NCBI GenBank assembly: GCA_016709495.1
Contig: JADJMS010000015.1
Location: 11,981-75,980 of the forward strand
Direction of reading: 5' to 3'
DNA length: 64,000 bases
Source: Candidatus Dechloromonas phosphorivorans
GTDB lineage: Bacteria > Pseudomonadota > Gammaproteobacteria > Burkholderiales > Rhodocyclaceae
The translations under genes and the position numbers were made by a program. How positions within the stretch are numbered: position 1 is the stretch's first letter; the number at the start of each line of letters is the position of its first letter. Positions 50,595 through 57,880 of the stretch are shown here, one piece after another. Under the pieces are notes generated by a model. The model searched no databases. It saw only the letters and a program-made list of their open reading frames with translations, and was not told the origin of the DNA.

Positions 50595-52286
50595 TTAATA
50601 ATCTTCGTCACTGCCGCCCATCAGGCTCGGCAGCAAAATGTAGGCGCGCTTGAGGGCGCTGGTCAGGTCGACGCAAACGTTGTCGTCGCCCAGGTGATCG
50701 ATGAAGCCGGAGCGATAAAGCAGCGAGCCGGGCTGTGAATTGAGACCACAGACGAGCAGCGTGCAGCCGCGTTTTTGCAATTTGTCACGCAGGCTTTCGA
50801 GGCCTTCAAGGCCGGTTGTGTCGAGTTGAATCAGGCGGGCCATGTCGAGAATGACGACTTCCGGATGGCCGGCGGATGGGTCAAGCAGTTCTTCCAGCTT
50901 GTTCACCGCGCCAAAGAACAGCGAACCGAACAGCTGCCAGGCGGCAACGCGCATTGTCCCGTCCGGGTAGAGAAACTGTGGCTCGTCTGCTTCCTCGGTC
51001 AGCGGCAGGCGCTCGATGCGCGTCAGTTCCGACATGCGATAGATGAAGAACAGGCTGGCCAGCACCATGCCAAGTTCGACGGCGATGGTCAGGTCGAAAA
51101 CCACGGTGACAAAGAAGGTGACGAGCAGAATCACGCGGTAATTGTAGGTGTAGCGGCGCAGCTCCAGAAAATGGTGCCATTCAGCCATGTTGACCGCAAC
51201 AACCATAACGATGGCCGACAAGGTGGCAAGCGGCACATAGGAGGCCAGCGGTGCAGCGATAAGTACAATCCCGAGCAATACCAGCGCGTGGATGATGCCG
51301 GCAATCGGCGTCCGTCCGCCGGTCTTGACGTTGGTCGAGGTGCGGGCAATGGCGCCGGTTGCGGCAAAGCCGCCAAACAGGGGGGCGGCAATATTGGCCA
51401 GGCCTTGGGCGACCAATTCCTGATTGGGGTCGTGGCGGTCGTCGATCTGGCTATCGGCGACGCGCGCCGAGAGCAGTGATTCGATGGCGCCAAGCAAGGC
51501 AATGGTGATGGCTGGCGAGATCAGCTTGCCGAAATCGTGGATCGACAGGCTGGGGAAGCCGATATTGGGCAGCTCCTGCGGGATACCATTGAAGCGGCTA
51601 CCGATGGTTTCGACCGGTAGATTGAACAGAAATGAAACCAGCGTGCCGACAATAAGTACAACTAACGGCCCTGGCGCGCGGCGCATGAAGGCAAAGCGTT
51701 GCGCCAGACGATTGTAGGAGAGCAGGAAAACGAAGCAGACCGAGGCCAGCGCCAGCGTTGGCAGATCAACGGTGTGGGCATTGGCGGCGAGAGTCTTGAT
51801 CCGGCCAAAGAATTCGGCGGGCAGGTTGTCGATTTGCAACCCGAAAAAATCCTTTATCTGGGCGAGAAAAATCACCACGGCAATACCGTTGGTGAAACCG
51901 ATGACGACGGTCACCGGGATGAAGCGGATCAGTTGCCCCATGCGCGCCAGCCCCATCGCCAGCAAAAACACGCCGGCCAGCATGGTGGCGCCCATCAGGT
52001 TGGCAAAGCCGTGAATGGCGACAATGCCGTAAATGATGGGTATGAAGGCGCCGGTTGGGCCGCCGATTTGTACGCGCGACCCGCCAAAAAGAGAGGTAAT
52101 CAGGCCGGCGATGATCGCTGTCCAGATACCGGCAGCCGGCGAGCAACCCGAGGCAATCGCGAAGGCCATGGCCAGGGGCAGGGCGAGAACACCAACCGTT
52201 ATCCCGGAGGCGAGATCCTTGCCGAACTGTGCTTTGTTGTAGGTGGGCAGGCAATCCAGCAGCTTGGGGTGAAAGGCGATTTTCAT
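50595..52286 (-). CDS. SulP-family anion transporter with a C-terminal STAS domain
   Basis: 563 aa. FGKDLASGITVGVLALPLAMAFAIASG is the SulP N-terminal motif. The C-terminus EVVILDMARLIQLDTTGLEGLESLRDKLQKRGCTLLVCGL is STAS. Confidence 0.88.
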   Translation of the reverse strand: MKIAFHPKLLDCLPTYNKAQFGKDLASGITVGVLALPLAMAFAIASGCSPAAGIWTAIIAGLITSLFGGSRVQIGGPTGAFIPIIYGIVAIHGFANLMGATMLAGVFLLAMGLARMGQLIRFIPVTVVIGFTNGIAVVIFLAQIKDFFGLQIDNLPAEFFGRIKTLAANAHTVDLPTLALASVCFVFLLSYNRLAQRFAFMRRAPGPLVVLIVGTLVSFLFNLPVETIGSRFNGIPQELPNIGFPSLSIHDFGKLISPAITIALLGAIESLLSARVADSQIDDRHDPNQELVAQGLANIAAPLFGGFAATGAIARTSTNVKTGGRTPIAGIIHALVLLGIVLIAAPLASYVPLATLSAIVMVVAVNMAEWHHFLELRRYTYNYRVILLVTFFVTVVFDLTIAVELGMVLASLFFIYRMSELTRIERLPLTEEADEPQFLYPDGTMRVAAWQLFGSLFFGAVNKLEELLDPSAGHPEVVILDMARLIQLDTTGLEGLESLRDKLQKRGCTLLVCGLNSQPGSLLYRSGFIDHLGDDNVCVDLTSALKRAYILLPSLMGGSDEDY

Positions 52287-52340
52287 GGCGCTGGCTCGGG
52301 GGCGAAGCGCATCATTATATGAGCGCCTGATTATTCGTCA

Positions 52341-52364
52341 ATGTTAATCATATGTTAATATGAT
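52341..52364. promoter_or_regulatory. Candidate operator: two ATGTTAAT direct repeats 11 bp apart, overlapping a 7-bp inverted repeat
   Basis: ATGTTAAT occurs at 52341-52348 and 52352-52359. ATCATAT(52347-52353)-GTTA-ATATGAT(52358-52364). The site lies between the divergent SulP and RHH genes. Confidence 0.45.
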
Positions 52365-52388
52365 GCAATCTGATTGACTGGAGGCCGC

Positions 52389-52583
52389 ATGGAAAAGCGA
52401 ACCGCCCGCCTGACCTTATTGATAGACCCGCAAAAGAAACAGATTTTCGAAGAAATTTGCAGCGCCCATGACCTGACACCATCGCAGGTGGTGCGTAAAT
52501 TGATCCGTCAATACATCATCGAGAATGCGGGAAATCGTGAACTACCGGACTGGCTGAATCCGGCGAGCAAGGCCGGCGAATAA
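52389..52583 (+). CDS. Small ribbon-helix-helix (CopG-like) DNA-binding protein
   Basis: ATG follows GGAGG. MEKRTARLTLLIDPQKKQIFEEICSAHDLTPSQVVRKLIRQYI fits a beta-strand-helix-helix pattern. Confidence 0.55.
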   Translation: MEKRTARLTLLIDPQKKQIFEEICSAHDLTPSQVVRKLIRQYIIENAGNRELPDWLNPASKAGE

Positions 52584-52585
52584 AC

Positions 52586-52915
52586 TTAGTCGTCCTCAAC
52601 GGACGGTTTCTGGGGCATTTTGTCCGGGTGATTAGCTCTAATGTAGGCTTCGTATTTGGCCTGCATTTGCGGTGACTGCTTGGCAATTTCACGCAGGATA
52701 CGGGCGACGGACCAGATCATGACGGCGGCTCCGCCCAGCGTGCAAGCGACGGCTTCTGCGGTAGAGGTCGGAAAATTGGCCAGAATTGCCCCTTTGCCAG
52801 CAGCAAACCAGCTCGCTCCGATGCCCACGCAGGAAAGGCCAAAAACATCAACCAGGCCGTAAAGGGCGATCCGGCCTGTGAGTTCCGGGCGTGGTGGGCG
52901 ATTCATTGAAATCAT
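52586..52915 (-). CDS. Small hypothetical membrane protein
   Basis: Two to three hydrophobic segments and a charged C-terminus. The start is uncertain. Confidence 0.45.
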   Translation of the reverse strand: MISMNRPPRPELTGRIALYGLVDVFGLSCVGIGASWFAAGKGAILANFPTSTAEAVACTLGGAAVMIWSVARILREIAKQSPQMQAKYEAYIRANHPDKMPQKPSVEDD

Positions 52916-52967
52916 GGTGGGCCGCTATAATCCGCAAAATCTGCATTCTGCCTTAAGAGAGTTCGCT

Positions 52968-54119
52968 ATGCTGCGTTTGTCCGGGTTATCCCTAGTCGCC
53001 GGGTTGCTGTTAGCTGCCGGTATTGCTTATGCCGATGTGAAAATTGGTGTCATTGCTTCGTCGACCGGTCCCACTGCCGCCGTCGGCATTCCGCAGAAAA
53101 ATACCGTGGCGCTGCTGCCGACAGAAATTGGCGGTCAAAAGATTGAATATATCGTGCTCGACGATGCTTCCGATCCGACCAATGCGGTAACCGGCGTCAA
53201 GAAACTGCTCAGCGAACACAAGGTGGATGCCCTGATCGGCCCGACAACAACACCCGCCGCACTGGCCATTCTCGATTTTGTTGCCGAGTCGAAAACCCCA
53301 TTGCTGACGACTGTTGGTTCTTCATCCGTTGTCTTGCCGATGGATGAGAAGAAAAAATGGGTGTTCAAAACGACGCAGAATGACGATCTGATCGCCGAAG
53401 CCGTCCTCGCCCAGATGACGGCGAGCGGCATCAAGACCCTGGGATTCATCGGTTTCAGCGATCCCTATGGTGAAAACTGGTACAAGGTTTTTGGCGGCAT
53501 GGCCGAGAAAGCCGGGATCAAGATTGTCGTTAGCGAGCGTTTCAATCGTACTGACCAATCAGTGACGGGGCAGGTGCTGAAGGTGATCGCCGCCAAACCG
53601 GATGCGGTTTTCATCGCCGCGACTGGCGGGCCGGCGGTATTGCCGCAGGCCGGGTTGCTGGAGAAGGGCTACAAGGGCAAGGTCTATCAGACGCATGGCG
53701 TCGCGACCAACGATTTCATTCGCCTCGGCGGCAAAACGGTTGAGGGCACGCTGATGGCGGGTGGCCCCATGCTGGTCGCCGATGATTTGCCGGCCAGCAA
53801 CCCGATCAAGGCGGTTGCCCTGGGTTATATCAAGGCTTACGAAGGGAAATACGGCGCCGGGACCATGTCCACTTTCGGTGCCAATACCTACGATGCCGGG
53901 CGAGTGTTGCAAAAGACCATTCCCGATGCGCTGAAGAAAGCCAAAGCCGGCACCCCCGAGTTTCGTGTAGCCTTGCGTGACGCGCTGGAAGCAGCGCACG
54001 AAGTCGTCGGTGCGCAGGGTATTTTCAACATGACTGCACAAAACCATAACGGTATGGATCAGCGTTCGCGTCTGATGATGACGGTCAAGAATGGTAAATG
54101 GGTTCCCCTGAAGGATTGA
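52968..54119 (+). CDS. Periplasmic ABC-transporter substrate-binding protein (LivK/branched-chain amino acid family), orphan
   Basis: The internal ATG gives signal peptide MLRLSGLSLVAGLLLAAGIAYA. DVKIGVIASSTGPTAAVGIP is typical of Peripla_BP_6. Confidence 0.8.
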   Translation: MLRLSGLSLVAGLLLAAGIAYADVKIGVIASSTGPTAAVGIPQKNTVALLPTEIGGQKIEYIVLDDASDPTNAVTGVKKLLSEHKVDALIGPTTTPAALAILDFVAESKTPLLTTVGSSSVVLPMDEKKKWVFKTTQNDDLIAEAVLAQMTASGIKTLGFIGFSDPYGENWYKVFGGMAEKAGIKIVVSERFNRTDQSVTGQVLKVIAAKPDAVFIAATGGPAVLPQAGLLEKGYKGKVYQTHGVATNDFIRLGGKTVEGTLMAGGPMLVADDLPASNPIKAVALGYIKAYEGKYGAGTMSTFGANTYDAGRVLQKTIPDALKKAKAGTPEFRVALRDALEAAHEVVGAQGIFNMTAQNHNGMDQRSRLMMTVKNGKWVPLKD

Positions 54120-54121
54120 TC

Positions 54122-54618
54122 ATGCTGCGCCAGATTCTGCTTTGCCTGTTTTTTGTTACCAGCACCGGTTTGCTGGCTGCTGAGGAAGCGCCCCTCGTCG
54201 AGATTTATATGCCTTCACCCTGTCTGGCCTGCATTGACTGGGGTTCCTACCTGACCGACAAGGGTTTCAAGGTGAGTTACAAGGAAACGGCGGACATGGA
54301 TGCGGTCAAACGCCGGCTCAAAGTACCGAAGGATGTCGAGTCGGTCCATACGGCGGTGGTTGGCGGCTATTTTGTCGAAGGGCATGCCTACGCCGAGGAT
54401 ATTCGCGAAGCTGCTGCGTGACAAACCCAAGGCACGGGGAATTGCCGTCGCCGGGTTTGCCGCGTGGCGCGCCGGGGCGCGAACAGTCAAATCCAACCTG
54501 CGAAACAGCCTGCACGACCCTGGATAATACGACAGGCGAGCGCGATATTCGCCGTGAATTATTCAATACCATACTGGTCAAGCCGGATGGCACGACCAGT
54601 ATCTGGGCGCGCCACTGA
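54122..54618 (+). CDS. DUF411 (CopG-like periplasmic metal-binding) protein, full-length copy with two 1-nt insertions (~54405 and ~54452)
   Basis: Signal peptide, then PCLACIDWGSYLTDKGFKV...SVHTAVVGGYFVEGHAYAEDIR. The frame then shifts to KLLRDKPKARGIAV and again to PGLPRGAPGRE...KPDGTTSIWARH. Alignment to the copy at 55850-56229 pinpoints the extra bases. Confidence 0.7.
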
Positions 54619-54775
54619 ACTGGTTCAAAACCCCAGTTCGCCGAACATCACTTTTGCCCAGGCAAGGTCTTCATCCCGCGCCTGGGCATCGTAGCTTTGG
54701 CGTACCGTTTGCTGGATCAAACCATCGCCGCGAAAGCGGAAGCTGCTATTGATCTGCGCCAATTCCTGCGGTTGG
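54236..54775 (+). repeat. Copy A of a ~540-bp diverged direct duplication (DUF411 3' part plus FccB-like 3' end)
   Basis: Collinear by eye with 55850-56390, with roughly 85-90% identity and a few 1-nt indels. Confidence 0.75.
54625..54775 (-). pseudogene. 3'-terminal remnant (about 48 codons) of an FccB-like oxidoreductase paralog
   Basis: The minus strand encodes ...ELAQINSSFRFRGDGLIQQTVRQSYDAQARDEDLAWAKVMFGELGF*. This is collinear with the C-terminus of the intact gene at 56236-57488. There is no upstream coding continuation. Confidence 0.7.
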
Positions 54776-55028
54776 ATGACTGCGATTAGTGACCTGCTTG
54801 ACGGCTTTAATCTAATAACTCTTCTGGATAACGTTTTCAGCTCATGGCTCTCTTTCTGTCTAAGTTTAAGGCTTCGGAGCGTCTAAATGTTCTGGGATGA
54901 TTCAATCGGCAACAACTGTTAACGACGCCATATTCAGAATAAGGACGTATGTCGACTTTCTTTACAGTTCTCGTGACGAAGAAACGCGATGCTGTGCAAC
55001 TTTATGATTAAATTGATAAAAAAACATA

Positions 55029-55044
55029 TGGAATGAGTATTGCT
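55029..55044 (+). promoter_or_regulatory. Candidate sigma-54 (-24/-12) promoter for the second PEP-CTERM gene
   Basis: TGGAATGAGTATTGCT has GG and TTGC at the canonical TGGCAC-N5-TTGC spacing, 45 nt upstream of the ATG at 55089. Confidence 0.55.
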
Positions 55045-55088
55045 TAATTATTTTGCGATTTTGCATTTTTGCCAAAAGGGAAATTCAA

Positions 55089-55685
55089 ATGAAGACATTT
55101 AAGCAAAATATAGCAGTCGCGATGATCTCAACCTTTTTGGCATCTACACCTGCGCTTGCCGCCAACATTGATTTCGAGTCCGTCGCTACTGGAGTTTATT
55201 CAACATTAACCATTGGTGCTGTGACATTTACCTATACTGGTGGTTCAGGAACATTTAACGTCAGTAATGGCACCCCTGGGGCGCCGATCAGTGGAAATAA
55301 TCTAATCAGTTTTTTCCAGAACCCAGGCACAGCACCATTTAATGCAACGATCGCAGGAGGAACCAACAGCTTCTCGATTGGCTGCGGCGACTTTGGTCAG
55401 GATCAAGATCAATGCCATTTGCGAGCCTACGATATCTCTGGAGCGCTTCTGGACTCGGATGACTTTACCAATCCAAGCGGAAATTTTGGTGGAGGCATGA
55501 TGACAGTCTCTAGCGTCTCCTCAATTGCTTACGTTCAGTTTTTTGAAGACGGCCCATTTCCGGGAGCAATCTATTGGGACAATGTCTCTTACCAATTAGC
55601 TAGCAATGTTCCAGAGCCGGCCTCGCTGGCTTTGTTTGGTGTAGCGCTTGTCGGATTGGGTTTTTCTCGGCGCAAACGTTCGTAA
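55089..55685 (+). CDS. PEP-CTERM sorting-domain secreted protein
   Basis: Signal peptide MKTFKQNIAVAMISTFLASTPALA. The C-terminus VPEPASLALFGVALVGLGFSRRKRS is PEP-CTERM. The gene lies in an AT-rich ~1.1-kb insert. Confidence 0.85.
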   Translation: MKTFKQNIAVAMISTFLASTPALAANIDFESVATGVYSTLTIGAVTFTYTGGSGTFNVSNGTPGAPISGNNLISFFQNPGTAPFNATIAGGTNSFSIGCGDFGQDQDQCHLRAYDISGALLDSDDFTNPSGNFGGGMMTVSSVSSIAYVQFFEDGPFPGAIYWDNVSYQLASNVPEPASLALFGVALVGLGFSRRKRS

Positions 55686-55769
55686 GTGTGAACTAGTACT
55701 AGACAAGAATTCTTTGGCATAAGACAGAGCGCAGTTCCATTTAACAAGAGAAGCACGCAATATGGAAAT

Positions 55770-55790
55770 GACGCATCGCATTGATGCGTC
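55770..55790 (+). terminator. Hairpin downstream of the PEP-CTERM gene
   Basis: GACGCATC-GCATT-GATGCGTC is a perfect 8-bp stem. There is no strong U-tract. Confidence 0.35.
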
Positions 55791-55849
55791 ATCCATTCTA
55801 CAATCTGAATTTGATCAGAGCGTGGCCCTACCTCGGAATGGCTTGCGTC

Positions 55850-56229
55850 GACTGGGGTTCTACCTGACGGATAAGGGCTTTAAGGTCAGTTACAAGGAAA
55901 CGACTGATATGGCTGCCATCAAGCGCCGACTCAAGGTGCCGAAAGATGTCGAGTCGGTGCCTCCGGCGGTGGTGGCTGGTTTGTTTGTCGAAGGGCCCGC
56001 CGACGCCGAGGACGTTCGCGCGCTGCTGCGCGATAAACCCACGGCGCGGGGGATTGCTGTGCCGGGTTTGCCGCGTGGTGCGCCAGGGCGCGAGCAGTCT
56101 AATCCAACCTGTGAAACAGCCTGCACGACACTCGACAATACGACAGGTGAGCGCGATATACGCCGTGAATTATTCAATACCATGCTGGTCAAGCCGGATG
56201 GCACGACCAGTATCTGGGCGCGCCACTGA
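55850..56229 (+). pseudogene. 5'-truncated second copy of the DUF411 gene (no signal peptide or N-terminal Cys motif)
   Basis: Homology to copy A begins at ...GFYLTDKGFKVSYKET. It encodes SVPPAVVAGLFVEGPADAEDV, where copy A has SVHTAVVGGYFVEGHAYAEDI. The C-terminal frame is intact to the TGA at 56227-56229. The upstream part of ORF 55762.. has no homology. Confidence 0.6.
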
Positions 56230-56390
56230 ACTGGTTCAAAACCCCAGTTCGTTAAACATGTTGCTTGCCCAGGCAAGGTCCTCATCACGCGCTTGCGCAT
56301 CGTAGGTTTGGCGCACCGTTTGCTGGATCAGCCCATCGCCGCGAAAGCGGAAACTGGTATTGATCCGTGCCAACTCCATCGGTTCTGCGC
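55850..56390 (+). repeat. Copy B of the ~540-bp diverged direct duplication
   Basis: Collinear with 54236-54775. Confidence 0.75.
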
Positions 56391-57488
56391 GACTCAGGAC
56401 ATAGCAGGTGCTCTCGGGTAACTGTTTTTCCGTCGCCAGACCGCTGGCGCGAGCCGCAATCTGACGTGCGGCTATGCGGCCCAGTCGGGCGGCCAGTTGT
56501 CCGGTTTTTGGGTAATGACCGAATAGTTGCGAGACTTTGTCGATGGCATCGCCGACGATATAAACCTGCTCATCGCCAAGAATGTTAAGGTTCACCGGGT
56601 CGACCGCCGCCCAGTTGCTGCCCTGGCCGACCAGAGCATTTTGCCAGAGGATGTCGGCAGCTTGCTGCGGTGGCATGAGGATGGCGTCGGTAAAATCGAC
56701 AGTGTCGAAGTCGGTGACGATCTGCTTCTTGAAGGGATCGACCGATTTGACCTTGGCCTGCGGCATATAGGTGACCTGGTCGCGGTAGCTATCGCGGAAG
56801 ATACGGTCGAAACTCATTACTGCAGGGTTGGGGTCAAGCACAATCAAGCGCCCCTTGATTTGCTTGCTCTTCATCCACCAGGCAATCAGCCCGGCGCGCT
56901 CATAGGGGGCCGGTGGGCAACGGTAAGGCATGGGCGGGATGGTCATTACCAGAGCGCCCCCGCTGAAACGGTGCAGGCGTTCTTTCAGTGCGACGTGCTG
57001 TGTCGCATCACTGAAGGCCGAGGCGTGGTTTTTGCGGCAAAAATCGATACTGTTACGGTCAACGCCAAACCAGGCCGAAAAATCTTCACGAATACCGGCT
57101 GCAATAATCAGCCAGTCATAAGCAAACTCGCCATCGCTGGTCGAAACTGTGTGGCGACTGCGGTCAATCGCACCCACTTCGGCACGGACAAAGCGATAAC
57201 CGGTGCTGCGGGCGGCTGCTTCATAGCTGTGGCGCAATAAGGTAGTGTCCGCCAGACCCACCAGCCAGCGGTTGGAGATCGGGTGTGACCAAAAACTTTC
57301 CTGGCGTTCGATCAGGGTGACTTCCAGTTGTGGCGCGCTGGATCGCAATTCTTTGGCCGCCGCCAAGCCACCCCAGCCGCCACCGATGATCAACACGCGG
57401 CCTGCTGAGGCTTGTACGGCCAGCAAGCGGGGCTGGCTGAGAGACTTGCAAGCCCGATCAGGCCGCCAAGCAGACTTCTTCGTTTCAT
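56236..57488 (-). CDS. FAD-dependent pyridine nucleotide-disulfide oxidoreductase, FccB/SQR-like, with a Tat signal (frameshift ~57450)
   Basis: The ATG at 57488 gives MKRRSLLGGLIGLA, a twin-arginine signal. The frame then shifts to ...QPRLLAVQASAGRVLIIGGGWGGLAAAKEL, a Rossmann GxGxxG motif. Confidence 0.65.
57051..57065 (+). repeat. Over-represented oligomer copy: TGTTACGGTCAACGC
   Basis: Lies inside the FccB-like CDS, in frame. The minus strand encodes GVDRNS. Confidence 0.8.
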
Positions 57489-57728
57489 CGGTATCTGGGT
57501 CTTATATAAGAGTGGAAAAAATGCTTGTCAAGACTTGACTTGTTCACAGAATCTTGAAGTTTCCAAAAATTATTCGCGAATTGCTTGCTGGTGCCTATGC
57601 TTTGAGTCAATAAAGACTTAAATTCAATAAAATCAATAGCTTGAAAAGTTGCTCAAGTTCCGGGCAGCGTAGGGAAAAGCCTTGTGGAACGGTCACTTAA
57701 CATCGTTGCTCCATATTAATTCACAGAC

Positions 57729-57751
57729 TTATCCACAGATTTTGTGGATAG
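57729..57751. promoter_or_regulatory. Inverted pair of DnaA-box-like 9-mers
   Basis: TTATCCACA (57729-57737) is a perfect match to the consensus DnaA box. After GATTT comes TGTGGATAG (57743-57751), the reverse complement with one mismatch. The pair forms a perfect 8-bp inverted repeat, TATCCACA/TGTGGATA. Confidence 0.45.
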
Positions 57752-57835
57752 ATGAAAAACCTTGAAACAGTATGGTTAATTGAAGCGCTAACTTAAAGTG
57801 TTACATGAGCTTCGGCGGCGAAAATGTTGCGCCGC

Positions 57836-57866
57836 AATAAAAATCAGCCTGGCTTGCAGGCTGATT
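57836..57866 (-). terminator. Intrinsic terminator of metG
   Basis: The minus strand reads AATCAGCCTG-CAAGC-CAGGCTGATT followed by TTTTATT, starting 15 nt after the metG stop. Confidence 0.85.
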
Positions 57867-57880
57867 CAATTTACGAAAAT

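Noticed and set aside
54776-55849. IS element or MITE as the origin of the AT-rich insert
   Set aside because: I could find no transposase ORF, no terminal inverted repeats and no short target-site duplication. The flanking repeat is ~540 bp and diverged.
57489-57880. Chromosomal replication origin (oriC) at the AT-rich spacer containing the DnaA boxes
   Set aside because: There are only two good DnaA boxes, in a tight palindrome. I saw no array of spaced boxes, no obvious AT-rich 13-mer unwinding repeats, and no dnaA, dnaN, gidA or rpmH nearby. An operator or minor DnaA site is more likely.
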